Positions 48,938 through 59,329 of a stretch of 64,000 nucleotides of DNA are shown one piece after another. Each line of letters starts with the position of its first letter. Position 1 is the stretch's first letter. This DNA is from a virus. A program made the translations under genes and the position numbers. Under the pieces are notes generated by a model. It did not search any database, was not told the origin of the DNA, and saw only the letters and a program-made list of their open reading frames with translations. The stretch is taken from the IMG/VR virus record IMGVR_UViG_3300024259_000012; one strand, 5' to 3'.

Positions 48938-49834
48938 TTACATACTCCTAAATGGTTTGTCGGTATAAATCTTTATACCTCTTCTTCTTAAATAGTCTCG
49001 GAAATCCTCAGAAACGTCATTACTTTCACCCGTCATCGTTTTGTTATAAACATTGTACAATGTGGTCAATCCACCATACATCAATTCAACGTTCTCGGAC
49101 GCAATAACTCTAAACTGTCCACCGGTGATTCCCTTGTGCTTTGCAAGCCGAACCCAATCAACTATGATAGTTCTCAACATTGCTTCAGTCTCACCCTCTG
49201 TGACCTGAACTGGATACGCATTTTCCTTGATGACTTTGCAAGGTGACCCTGCGGCAAATGCTCCGCTTGGTATGTTACGATTGATTGTTGAATTAATTCC
49301 AATGACCGTATCATGTCCAATCGTGACATTCGGCAATACAATACATCTTGCGGGCAACCACACATTGTCTTCAATGGTAACGGGTCCGAAGTCTGAAGGA
49401 AATCCTTTGGTGATATCAAGCCATGCTCCATGTGTCCAAATCATAACCTCTGCGCCGATACCAACATTGTCTCCAATTGTTATTGAATCGGATGGATTGA
49501 GAATCGTACCTTCAAATATACCAACGTGCTTTCCAATGTTCACCTTTGAATTTGGTCCGTTGCATCCACCTCTACCAACCTCAACCCTTGAAGTCATGTA
49601 TAACCACTCATCTGCAATGAACTCGGTGCATGTGATTGTCACGTTGTCTCCAATATATGACAAGGCTCCAAGTTCAAAGGTGACATCTACATCAATAGTA
49701 ACATTGTCACCTATAACACAATCCTTACCAATGATTACTTGACCCGCATTGATGGTGGAGTTTTTACCCATTTTCAATGTTGGGTGAATACTCCGTGTGC
49801 CCAACTCATCTGTTTTAATATTACGATAACTCAT
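48938..49834 (-). CDS. Hexapeptide-repeat acyltransferase
   Basis: IGDNV repeats; PVTIEDNVW; AGSPCKVIK. Confidence 0.85.
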   Translation of the reverse strand: MSYRNIKTDELGTRSIHPTLKMGKNSTINAGQVIIGKDCVIGDNVTIDVDVTFELGALSYIGDNVTITCTEFIADEWLYMTSRVEVGRGGCNGPNSKVNIGKHVGIFEGTILNPSDSITIGDNVGIGAEVMIWTHGAWLDITKGFPSDFGPVTIEDNVWLPARCIVLPNVTIGHDTVIGINSTINRNIPSGAFAAGSPCKVIKENAYPVQVTEGETEAMLRTIIVDWVRLAKHKGITGGQFRVIASENVELMYGGLTTLYNVYNKTMTGESNDVSEDFRDYLRRRGIKIYTDKPFRSM

Positions 49835-51110
49835 TGTAAAACCTTTCTATCCAATAATTAGCATCCCGCTTTAAATTTCCATCCTCAATCGCATTGAAGT
49901 GTACAATGTAGCACGCCTTCCGCAGATTGTCCAATGAGTCCGGCCACCACTGCCTGTCATCCGTTTTCAATAGTGTCTTTCTGCAAGGGTCTTGAAGGTT
50001 GAACGCTTCAGGCAATAATTTCACAGGCACTCCATGTTGCTTCAATAAAAAATTGATGGGTGTTTGGTCTGTACTCGCTCGCACCAATTCATTCTGTGCT
50101 TTCAGTAGCATCTCTTGATTGTCCCAATAGAACTTCACCACCGATTCAAAAAATGTCCTGTGATACTTGTGTACTATTTGAAATCCACCGTTGATATATT
50201 CCCATGGATGAACCGTGATATCTGGCCAAAATAATTTGCGGTAACCCTCAATGCTCCGGCTTAACCATTCATAGCATCCGTTCGCTTGAACCCCTACATA
50301 TTTACCTTCAGTCATTTCAAAGAAATTTGGGGTGTGTGGTTGAATCACCATGTCAGCATCTGCCATTAATACTCTGTTGAATCCAACTCCGCTGTTTTCC
50401 AACATTTCAAACAGCATGTAGCGTTGCCATGTAATCTTCATGTCTTCTATTGGATGCACCAAGTCTTCCATTACAAGCACGTCCGCATTATTTGCATCAG
50501 CCCATTGTTTCCAACTATTGATTGCCAACTCGTATGACCCTGACCTACCATTATCAAGCTTGATATTTGGTATGAAAATGATGTCCTTTGGTGGTGGACC
50601 CATTCGCTCAATGAGGTGTTCCATTAAAATTAGCGGCTTCAGTTTGGCGTTGTGGCTCGGCATCTCACCCAACTTCTCAAGTGGATAAATGCTCTCCAAA
50701 TCAATCAAGCTCAGTTCACCACCAATCTTAATGATGTTGGGTGGTACAAAATCATAAAAAACCAAGCCGGTTCGTAGCATCGCCTTTTCTACAATGCGCC
50801 AAAATGAAGTTGGAACCAACTGTTGGTCGTATTCATTGTCGGACAACACCTCACCAATCGGCAATTTGTATCCAACCACCTCACCATCTTCATAAATATA
50901 TTCAATGTCTGGGTGAACCAACCCATCAAAAAAGTTAGCGGCGAGTGCTTGGCGAAAATAGGGTAGCCTTACATACTCAGGGTGGAATACTTTGTAATAG
51001 TGTGTAGCATCCTTGTAGATGGCACGCCCGTGATTTACAAATTTAACATAGTGGTTGTATTTGTCACGAACCACTTCCAATTTACTTAGGTCTAAATCTT
51101 TACGTTGCAT
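49821..51110 (-). CDS. Kinase-like domain fused to a GT-A (GT8-like) domain
   Basis: N-terminal DFVPPNII...LIDLES; C-terminal ADAD, YINGGF, DQT.IN, HFN. Confidence 0.65.
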   Translation of the reverse strand: MQRKDLDLSKLEVVRDKYNHYVKFVNHGRAIYKDATHYYKVFHPEYVRLPYFRQALAANFFDGLVHPDIEYIYEDGEVVGYKLPIGEVLSDNEYDQQLVPTSFWRIVEKAMLRTGLVFYDFVPPNIIKIGGELSLIDLESIYPLEKLGEMPSHNAKLKPLILMEHLIERMGPPPKDIIFIPNIKLDNGRSGSYELAINSWKQWADANNADVLVMEDLVHPIEDMKITWQRYMLFEMLENSGVGFNRVLMADADMVIQPHTPNFFEMTEGKYVGVQANGCYEWLSRSIEGYRKLFWPDITVHPWEYINGGFQIVHKYHRTFFESVVKFYWDNQEMLLKAQNELVRASTDQTPINFLLKQHGVPVKLLPEAFNLQDPCRKTLLKTDDRQWWPDSLDNLRKACYIVHFNAIEDGNLKRDANYWIERFYNELS

Positions 51111-52186
51111 ATATCTCCTACTAATTGTCCCATAATGAATAATTCCTGTATCTCCGGAAGCTCTGACATGTCCGGCCCTATCGTCAATCTAATCCAATTT
51201 TCTCGTGGGTCATGTGGTATTGAAACCCCACCTCTGTACGCAATATTGGGGTGCGCATCCAACACTGTTGTAGCAAATGTATTATCAAATTCATCGTTGA
51301 AGTGTATCCAATTGGAATTTGTATTCATAACTTCATATCCGGATTCCACCAACAACTGACACATTTTCATTTTCTCTTTCAAGACACCGGCCACATACCC
51401 GTCTATCACCCGTGGGTGGTCTAAGACATATGAACCCCACCTTGCAGAAATGCCGGTGACCTCATGCATCAGTCTCCATTTTGAAATATATTCCATCAAA
51501 TTATCATGTGCAATAATGTATCCAATTCGTGCGCCTGCACTTCCTAATCCTTTGGAAAATGTCCTGCAGATTGCGACATTCTCATAACGTAGTGTAAAAG
51601 CATGTTGTGGTCGCATCAAAAATTCATCGTATGCTTCATCAATCAATAGCGGGATGCCCAATCGGTGTGTTTCCTTTACAAGCGGTAACAATCCGCCGGT
51701 TCCCTTGGCATCTCCGATTGGATTATTTGGGTTGGCAACCATCACAAGTGACGTGTTTGAATTCAGCTTGGAAATCATGTCTGCTACCGACCATTCCATT
51801 TCTTCACTGTATTCTACACCCACAAATTTAGCACCATACAATTCCGAATACACTTTGTACATTGGAAAGCACGGGTCGGTTGAAACAACCTCACTACCGT
51901 GAGTGACTGAAACATCAAACATGGTGCGGATGGCAACATCGGAGCCAGGTGTTAAAAATACGTTTTTAACCTCAACCCCATTCAATTCCGCAATCTTCTG
52001 CTTAAGCTCAAGGACATACGGATATGCTATGATATCTGTCTGCTTGATGCTGTCCAAGAAAGTATTAAAAAACTTATCAGAATATAATTCTGTGCGTTCG
52101 CTTTGGTCAAACCGATACTCTATTGAGCTTTTATCAACGTGGTCATCCTTGCGGTATATGCCTTGTAACCATGGCTTTACTCTCAT
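51092..52186 (-). CDS. PLP-dependent aminotransferase class I/II (HisC-like)
   Basis: PGSD, NPNNP.G, IDEAY, RTFSK.LG.AG.RIGY. Confidence 0.85.
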   Translation of the reverse strand: MRVKPWLQGIYRKDDHVDKSSIEYRFDQSERTELYSDKFFNTFLDSIKQTDIIAYPYVLELKQKIAELNGVEVKNVFLTPGSDVAIRTMFDVSVTHGSEVVSTDPCFPMYKVYSELYGAKFVGVEYSEEMEWSVADMISKLNSNTSLVMVANPNNPIGDAKGTGGLLPLVKETHRLGIPLLIDEAYDEFLMRPQHAFTLRYENVAICRTFSKGLGSAGARIGYIIAHDNLMEYISKWRLMHEVTGISARWGSYVLDHPRVIDGYVAGVLKEKMKMCQLLVESGYEVMNTNSNWIHFNDEFDNTFATTVLDAHPNIAYRGGVSIPHDPRENWIRLTIGPDMSELPEIQELFIMGQLVGDICNVKI

Positions 52187-53097
52187 TAGTTATTTACTCC
52201 CAATTCTGTTAATATTGGAACCAACTCTTTGTATGAGCAATTCTTGCAATGGTCGGTTGGTTCGTTGGTCATGCAACCATGCTTGATTTTCATGAATGCA
52301 TCGGTCTCTCGGATTTCATCAATGCTATCCACAAATATGTTTCCAACTGGGGTCGCCCCTGTATTCATGCAACATATTTTCACATCACCACTAACAGTCA
52401 TGTACATTCCATTGTGTACCCAAAAGCAATCTTCAAAATCCCAAACAGATTTTCCCTTGATTGCAGGTAAGTATGTTTTCAAAAATGCAATTTGCTCGGG
52501 TATATAGCCCAGCGAGTCCTCAGCAGAAATCGTTGAATCTTCATCCCACGACTGAACAATATTTAACCGCAACTCACCTAAATCGTATTTTTCAATCAGA
52601 CGTTCAACGTGTGGAATCTCAAACACATTGTCTGGATTCACGGTGTAGTTTACAACAACCTCACATCCCTGTCGGTCAATGTCTTTGAAATCCTCTAAGA
52701 ATTTAATCAGCGTTGTCCATTTTGCAGGTGACCGGTCACGCTCATAGCTCTCTTCAAATCCATCTATTGAAAAATATAATTCATCAATGTATTCCAGCGA
52801 GCGTTTAAATTTGTCGCCCAATTTGTATTGACAATTTGTAGCAACTATGACCTTACACTTTGGGAAGGTTTGTTTGAATCTCTTACAAACCTCATCAAAT
52901 TGAGGGTGCAATAATGGTTCACCCATTCCCATTAATTTGGCTTCTGCAATTGGGTGGTGCTTCAGCTTTTCCAGCACGATGTCCCATTTAACCAATGACA
53001 TGTGGGAAAGCTTGCCAATAACCTCATGCCGATTACAGAATGAGCAATTGAGATTGCAATAATTTGTGGTTTCTAAATATGCGTATGTTATGCTCAT
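52186..53097 (-). CDS. Radical SAM/SPASM protein
   Basis: CNLNCSFC, GEPLLHP, C-terminal CC...GNI...CxxC. Confidence 0.9.
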   Translation of the reverse strand: MSITYAYLETTNYCNLNCSFCNRHEVIGKLSHMSLVKWDIVLEKLKHHPIAEAKLMGMGEPLLHPQFDEVCKRFKQTFPKCKVIVATNCQYKLGDKFKRSLEYIDELYFSIDGFEESYERDRSPAKWTTLIKFLEDFKDIDRQGCEVVVNYTVNPDNVFEIPHVERLIEKYDLGELRLNIVQSWDEDSTISAEDSLGYIPEQIAFLKTYLPAIKGKSVWDFEDCFWVHNGMYMTVSGDVKICCMNTGATPVGNIFVDSIDEIRETDAFMKIKHGCMTNEPTDHCKNCSYKELVPILTELGVNN

Positions 53098-53810
53098 GTT
53101 GTGGTGGCTCCCCATTGGTTACCAAATTCGTAATTAAACATTTCTATATCTTTAGCGAATCGGGTTTCAACAATGTGTCGTCCCTCATTGCTATACATTT
53201 CATGGTATGAATCTATTTTCTGAAAATACCCATCATGCGTTCTAATGTTGCTTCTCATTTGTGGCAACTCCGGCAATTCAAACATAGGCAGTCCCAGCCC
53301 CTCAAATAACTCAGCACAATTGGCTTCCAAATTTTCAAAGTGAACAATATAGTCAACCATTAGCTTGCCATCATCGCCTGTAATCCAATCCGCACATGGA
53401 CTTAAAATTCTGCGATTTGTGTGAGTCAATCCATCAATCGTTCGCTCTTCATAATCCGGTGAAATGTCGTGTGTAAATGCGTCTCTCAACCAATCATCAA
53501 ATGATGCCTTCACATACGATAAGCTTTTTGGATTGCACACGTTCTTTCTGTACTGAGACAGCATTCTGTCCCATGGATTACGGACGATTGCAAATTTAAT
53601 ATAATCTTCCCAAGTTTCTCCGAGTGCCAACTTATACTCGTGAGCATCCCAATGTTGAGAATGTGGGAATTTGATATCAGGATGACCGAATCCTTCGGTT
53701 GCCGCATACTTGAAACCATATGGCTCCAATGCTTGATTTACCGAATTTCCACCGGTCTTATTAATGTGTACAAACACAAATTTGATTGGTGCGTTTTCAT
53801 TAGCTATCAT
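53094..53810 (-). CDS. Sulfotransferase (Sulfotransfer_2-like)
   Basis: FVHINKTGG.SV (5'-PSB), VRNPWDRMLS.Y (3'-PB), D..MF.Y.F. Confidence 0.85.
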   Translation of the reverse strand: MIANENAPIKFVFVHINKTGGNSVNQALEPYGFKYAATEGFGHPDIKFPHSQHWDAHEYKLALGETWEDYIKFAIVRNPWDRMLSQYRKNVCNPKSLSYVKASFDDWLRDAFTHDISPDYEERTIDGLTHTNRRILSPCADWITGDDGKLMVDYIVHFENLEANCAELFEGLGLPMFELPELPQMRSNIRTHDGYFQKIDSYHEMYSNEGRHIVETRFAKDIEMFNYEFGNQWGATTT

Positions 53811-54327
53811 TGAAAATTACTCCATGTAATTTTAGCAGGGAAACGTTGTGGTCTACACACACATCTTCAACCCTACCGTTTAAATATAAATACAAATCTA
53901 CGTCGTTCAACACGTTGGTATACAAGTCTTCCGAATCCAACATGATATGTTTTATTAACCCCGTGGCCAATAGGCTGTCCAAATTTAATACACCCTTCAA
54001 GGTCTCAATCTTGGGCACGAACCCAACACCATCAGGCAGTGCATCACATATCACTTTTACTTCGGTCACGTCCTCAACATTGGATACTGCGAAATATTCA
54101 ATGTTGTCATGCTTGGCCATTTCAGTCAAAGTTTCGTTCAATGGAATTGTGGGAACGGGTGGTTTGGTTCTACCCTTTGGATAGTCCAAAAATACAGGGT
54201 GCCCGCACTTCAAAAATTTACGCAACTCCGCCATATCCTTGACATGCGCCATGTTGATACGAACCACCACATCTTCCAACTTTTGAAATTGTGGTAGTCC
54301 TAACAAGTGATTAGATATTAGTATCAT
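53800..54327 (-). CDS. Pyruvate kinase/HpcH-like TIM-barrel protein
   Basis: RINMAH, FLDYP.GR.K, PKIET..GV.NL. Confidence 0.55.
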   Translation of the reverse strand: MILISNHLLGLPQFQKLEDVVVRINMAHVKDMAELRKFLKCGHPVFLDYPKGRTKPPVPTIPLNETLTEMAKHDNIEYFAVSNVEDVTEVKVICDALPDGVGFVPKIETLKGVLNLDSLLATGLIKHIMLDSEDLYTNVLNDVDLYLYLNGRVEDVCVDHNVSLLKLHGVIFNDS

Positions 54328-54664
54328 TTAATGCCTCCCGTATTTTCGTAGCCGAAATAGCTTCAATTTCTGCAGGCGGCTCATGTTCTATAATACCATA
54401 CCCAACATCTCTACCATAATTAACCGATTCAATCGCCGGAATTACTGTCAACGATACAAGGTCAGCTTCAATTTCAGCTTCATATCGTTTTTGCAAATTC
54501 CCATACACCTCTCATGATGTGTAAATGTTTTTCTCACCATCGGGTTCCAAGTCCATAATAGCAATTGCTACAAACTTACCCTCGTTCAACATCTTTGTAA
54601 CCATTCACGCATGTCCATCATGGAACGGTTGAAATCTACCAATATACAATGACCACTTTTTCAT
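54311..54664 (-). CDS. Cytidylyltransferase-like (HxGH) protein with 2 in-frame TGA
   Basis: IGRFQPFHDGHA[W], YGRDVGY, ISATKIR; TGA at 54605 and 54512; TAATG-coupled start. Confidence 0.85.
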
Positions 54665-55455
54665 TATTCAACGTCTCCTTTGTATTCGCCCTTTAAAAAT
54701 TCTATAAATGTGTCCACTTGAACAAACAACTGATTGTGTATTTCTGCGGACATCTCTTCATTTTCATCTTGGATATCTTCAAGTGACCTACCGGATTCTT
54801 CAGCCAATTTTCTGTCGGGTCGGGTTATCATATCCCGTGACCCTGCCCAATGATGATATATTTTATCCTCATACAATCCAAAATACAATGGATGGTAATT
54901 TACAACATTGCTCCGCTGTACTGGATAGTAATTAAATTTATCATTGTCCTTTAACCATTGCACAACACCACCGAGCCAGTTACCTTGCGCACTTGTCATT
55001 TTTCTGCTCATTGGATAATCAATACCCTCGTTCAAATATTCTGCGGGGAAGCACCAAAAGGCACAGTGTGGAATCTTATGGTTTTGGTCCCACTCGTGGT
55101 TTGGCTCTTCCAGTCCAACAAATGGATACTCTTTCAACTTTCCAAGTGCCCACTCATCTATATCCTCTACCGGAAATGCATCAGAATCAAACACCATAAT
55201 GGTGTCGCCATCTTCCATGGCTTCCTTTACAATCGGAATCAATAATTTGAATGCGTCGCTTTGATGTGAAACTTCACCAACCTTGCCTTGTAAACATACG
55301 TCAAATTTGAAGCTGTTTCGCTCATACTCTCCCTCAGACATATTACCCAACCGAGTGTATGTTCTATAATCTTGTTTGATATGTCGGGCGAAAGCACGGG
55401 TCTGAATATCAATCCAATGTTCAGATGCCCAATGTACTGTTAAAATATGAATCAT
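54664..55455 (-). CDS. GT-A-like protein
   Basis: FDSDAFP; YHH.AGSR. Confidence 0.55.
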   Translation of the reverse strand: MIHILTVHWASEHWIDIQTRAFARHIKQDYRTYTRLGNMSEGEYERNSFKFDVCLQGKVGEVSHQSDAFKLLIPIVKEAMEDGDTIMVFDSDAFPVEDIDEWALGKLKEYPFVGLEEPNHEWDQNHKIPHCAFWCFPAEYLNEGIDYPMSRKMTSAQGNWLGGVVQWLKDNDKFNYYPVQRSNVVNYHPLYFGLYEDKIYHHWAGSRDMITRPDRKLAEESGRSLEDIQDENEEMSAEIHNQLFVQVDTFIEFLKGEYKGDVE

Positions 55456-55463
55456 AATTTTCC

Positions 55464-56381
55464 TTACTGTATTGGCATGTCATTGAAACCGGACTTGCTC
55501 TTATCCAATTTTGATTGGTCTGCATCCACAAGCCTAAATCTTGCTTGAACCTCTGTATTTTGCCGAACATACTCTTCCTCAAATCGCTCAAAATTGGCGA
55601 TGTCAAATTTGGTGTTCGGTATGTATTCGGGATTCTTAAAGTATGCCCGCAATGCTTCCGTTTCAGTCTCCTGAAAAAATTCAAATTTTATTGCTTCTGC
55701 CAAGCCGCTCCTTTGCAACTGTGAATATATTTCATCATGTGGACTATGCAACACATCCGATACTGTCATGTGTTCATACACGCCCGCTATCTTATTCACG
55801 TTAGCAGAACTTGAAAAGAAAAATGCGTCGTATAATCTCAATCGTTCAGCCTGAAATGCCTGTAGCCACTTTTTAGTGTGGCAGTCGCAGGTTGTGTCTG
55901 TCCAATCACGGCTTTGAAATTCAGGTGCTCTAACACCATCAACCCAACCGTGCGGTTTGGTGTGTCTGAAATACACATATTGGTTATCAAATTTTTCAAA
56001 ATTCAGGGGAACAAAAAACACATGGTCAAATCTATATACCATAACCCAATCATACTCAAATCCGTGTTCTTTCTCATACTCAGTTTTCAAATTTACAGAC
56101 ATTGCCGTTGAATACCAACGACTCGCTATTGCGTTGTCTCTAATTGTAGATTGCCCGAAATTTATCTGTGGCTCTACAATATAGTCTTTTGGATTGTATA
56201 AGTCAAGTAGTATTTTCTCATGGTCAACACTCCAACTGTGAATGAATACATCCACATCATTGTGCTCAAATATATTTTTGTTGTGGAAGTAGTGCCCTAA
56301 TCGTGGGTCAATGTCCTTACCCAACCCCATTCCGAAATTGGATGCCCCGACGATTCCTGGCAAGCATAGTGCGATTCTCAT
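55464..56381 (-). CDS. Glycosyltransferase-like protein
   Basis: MRIALCL.G, DVFIHSW, YDWV..RFD. Confidence 0.6.
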   Translation of the reverse strand: MRIALCLPGIVGASNFGMGLGKDIDPRLGHYFHNKNIFEHNDVDVFIHSWSVDHEKILLDLYNPKDYIVEPQINFGQSTIRDNAIASRWYSTAMSVNLKTEYEKEHGFEYDWVMVYRFDHVFFVPLNFEKFDNQYVYFRHTKPHGWVDGVRAPEFQSRDWTDTTCDCHTKKWLQAFQAERLRLYDAFFFSSSANVNKIAGVYEHMTVSDVLHSPHDEIYSQLQRSGLAEAIKFEFFQETETEALRAYFKNPEYIPNTKFDIANFERFEEEYVRQNTEVQARFRLVDADQSKLDKSKSGFNDMPIQ

Positions 56382-57454
56382 TATATCAATTCCTTTAGGT
56401 CATGTGAATTTCTAACCATGTTCACCGCTGTGGCTGTTGGGAATGAATTTGTTGGCGAGTAGTCGTTCACCAATACCCTCTCACAATGCATCAGGTCAAA
56501 TATAATTTGATGATAACGAATGTCCAATCTATCCAATTGCTTCAAGGTCACCTCTTTGAATGAACTCTTCCTGCTTGTGGTAATTATGACCCTCACTGTC
56601 CCACTATCATACATTTCATTGATGATATCCACATTTTCCTGTATAGCTCCGGTGGTGCCCCAAATTGGTTCAAACATCTCACTTGAACTGTTTACAAGCA
56701 CACCATCCAAGTCAATGAATATCGTCTTGTAGCGTTCTTTGTATTTGTTCCAATCTGCAAGGGTGCCCCAATCTTCATAGTTGGTAACCTTAGAAGTTTT
56801 AAACAGTTTCCCATCAAGCACTTGCTCAAAAATAACGTGCGATATAAAAATTTCAGGGTCGGTGGACTGTGCGGGTCTACTGAATGATTGTGTAGCCTTC
56901 AGAGCCTTGAAGGTTTCCACGAACTGTTCTGCGCTACTGAAGCTATATCCACCACAACAAAACTTGTCGCTGATTATACGCTTCTCTACAATATTTGTGA
57001 CGTTCTCCAAGTGGTCAACGGTTACATAGCTTTTGTTCTTGGCTATGACCTCTTCCATGTCATACAATGAATAAACCGATACCATGTTTGGTTCAATGGG
57101 TCCGGTAACAAAGTAGTCATCACAATCCTTGATGTAAATTTCACCTTCAATATTAGCCTTCTGAATTGTTATTGCTACCGTCTCGCTCTGTGAAGATGTT
57201 GGGGTGTCAAGACCAATCAATTCAAATGGTAGACCAAACTTTTCAAATGAGTCATATATTGCGGTTTGTAATCCATATTTTACAACATCATATCGCATGG
57301 CAGTCATCACAATCCTGTCAAAATTAGACAAGTCAATTCCAGACATACCTTCAACAATCATCAGTTCACCATTTGGGTGAGTCAGTGACCATTTAGGTCG
57401 CATATTAGGATATCTTGTGCTTGCACCGGCGGCGGGTAATATTAACGTAAACAT
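56381..57454 (-). CDS. Sugar nucleotidyltransferase-like domain fused to HAD phosphatase
   Basis: LPAAG.STRYP..PKW, EK..IS, DWGT; IFIDLDGVL, TSR, VND. Confidence 0.8.
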   Translation of the reverse strand: MFTLILPAAGASTRYPNMRPKWSLTHPNGELMIVEGMSGIDLSNFDRIVMTAMRYDVVKYGLQTAIYDSFEKFGLPFELIGLDTPTSSQSETVAITIQKANIEGEIYIKDCDDYFVTGPIEPNMVSVYSLYDMEEVIAKNKSYVTVDHLENVTNIVEKRIISDKFCCGGYSFSSAEQFVETFKALKATQSFSRPAQSTDPEIFISHVIFEQVLDGKLFKTSKVTNYEDWGTLADWNKYKERYKTIFIDLDGVLVNSSSEMFEPIWGTTGAIQENVDIINEMYDSGTVRVIITTSRKSSFKEVTLKQLDRLDIRYHQIIFDLMHCERVLVNDYSPTNSFPTATAVNMVRNSHDLKELI

Positions 57455-58257
57455 AGTAAATTTATCTCCTTTAATAACATATCAATTATAACCTTGTCTG
57501 TTGCATACGGCACGATTCTCATCAAATTCAAAATCTGAAATGGAACGTAGTATTTTTTGTAATACTCCTCATCAGAAAACGTGGCCGTGAATTGCCTGTC
57601 TATGTATGTAAAAACCTGTTGCAGTCGTACTCTATGCTCCATGTTCCCCAATAGATACAATGACCAAAAATAATGCGTGTCCTGCCTGACCTTAACAATG
57701 TCTTGCAATGGGCTGTCCAAGAAGGTATCCAAAAAATCTATTAATGCAACCTCATTATTATAAAACAGCATATTTGAGAATGTCAAGTCTCCATGGCAAT
57801 ATCCCATTGGAATATCAATGGTGTCATCAAGCTCATAAAATAGTCAATCCAAATGGCTCATGACAATTCCATGCGCTTTGAAAATATCAGTCTTCACCGA
57901 CTCAAACTTGTCAACCACAACCTTGCGACTAACCGACCCAACCGATTCAATGTTGGAACTAACAAATGCACAAAGTCTTCCAATGAAAGCATCCAACTGG
58001 TCTTTTGTTGCTACTATGAAAAATTGGTCAAATGACTGATATGGTAATAATTCCATTTCAAATGAAAATATACCATCATCGGTAATATCAAAATCATAAA
58101 CTTCAGGACAGCCGAAATACTCACTCTGAAACCGCTCCTGTTTTATTCATTGGTTTTTCAACCGATTTGAATATTTGGGCGAACCCGACCGTTTTACCAA
58201 ATGGTCATTTACTATCTCAAATGTACAGCCGGAATGACTGAGTGCATCAAATTTCAA
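57442..58257 (-). CDS. APH/choline-kinase-like phosphotransferase with 2 in-frame TGA
   Basis: HSGC, CHGDLTFSN, LIDFLD; TGA at 58147 and 57844 join three pieces in frame. Confidence 0.8.
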
Positions 58258-58258
58258 A

Positions 58259-59329
58259 TTAGACCTTTTCCCAAAAATCATCACCCGTTTGGGTGGTTGT
58301 CCAAAAAATAGCGGTCATCTCTCCAATGCCCGTGTTTGTAATATCATGCGTGTAAAATGTTGGCATGTCTATAACCTTAATATTGGTGCCGCTCACATCA
58401 TATTCCAACACCTCGTCAGTACCAATTTTACGCATCCGTATAGTCGCTTCGCCCGAGACAACACAAAACCTCTCAAATTTATGCAAATGGTAATGCCCAC
58501 CTCGTGTAAATCTTGGGTTGGTGGTTGATGTAAAAACCTTGCCCCGTGACCCGAATTCAATAACTTCATTTAGCGTTCCCCTGGTGTCACTATGTGGAAC
58601 CGTAGGGAATGGTCTATTTTTAGGCAAAATAAAACTCCTAAAAGTATTGAACAATTTCAAATCAAAATGTGAAGAAAATTCAGGAACTACGCCGCCTTGA
58701 GAATATGTATCATGCCACCTATTGAATGTCCGCAACACTTCACTTACCATCATTCCTTGACCTCTGAATGGAAGGGATTGACCATGTTCAATATAATATT
58801 TGAATGTCTTAACGACATCACTTACATGGGTCAGCCGAACATAAGCGTCTTCCAAAATCGTAGGCTCTTCACCATTGCAAATCTTGTGTGCAAATGTAGC
58901 AACAAATGAATTGTAATTGGGCTTGCCGAATTCACCAAATACATTTGGAATCCTAAAGGATTTGTGTTCATGTAACACATGCTCAGCCTCTCGCTTACCT
59001 GCTCCGTATGCTTCACCATCTGCCAAGTATTTGCTCAACAACTCTGGCAACTCGTCAACCTTAGTTGAGGATGCAAATATTATTTTACAGTCGGGACTTA
59101 CAGCATCCCTCAATTTATGAGCCAATAAAACATTAGTGCGATATATGCCTTGAGCAGAACCACGATTTTTACCTGCTAAGTGGATGACCCAATCACATTC
59201 TTTAATTTTGGGGTCGTCCCAAAAGTTCCGTTGGTTAAATGGGATGACTTCCCAATCGGTTGTAAGCCTCAGAGTGTGATACATGTGGTAACCAATGAAC
59301 CCACCGGCTCCTGTGATTCCTACTTTCAT
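58259..59329 (-). CDS. FnlB/CapF/WbjC-like reductase-epimerase with C-terminal cupin
   Basis: GAGGFIG, HLAG.NR, PNVFG...PNYNS.VATF, D.RG...RG.HYH..K.ERF.V. Confidence 0.85.
   Translation of the reverse strand: MKVGITGAGGFIGYHMYHTLRLTTDWEVIPFNQRNFWDDPKIKECDWVIHLAGKNRGSAQGIYRTNVLLAHKLRDAVSPDCKIIFASSTKVDELPELLSKYLADGEAYGAGKREAEHVLHEHKSFRIPNVFGEFGKPNYNSFVATFAHKICNGEEPTILEDAYVRLTHVSDVVKTFKYYIEHGQSLPFRGQGMMVSEVLRTFNRWHDTYSQGGVVPEFSSHFDLKLFNTFRSFILPKNRPFPTVPHSDTRGTLNEVIEFGSRGKVFTSTTNPRFTRGGHYHLHKFERFCVVSGEATIRMRKIGTDEVLEYDVSGTNIKVIDMPTFYTHDITNTGIGEMTAIFWTTTQTGDDFWEKV

Noticed and set aside
15987-58257. TGA as selenocysteine, glycine (code 25) or pseudogenising nonsense mutations
   Set aside because: Positions correspond to Trp by internal repeat and motif context, not to Cys or Gly. 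Only TGA interrupts genes, repeatedly, while reading frames and gene coupling remain intact.
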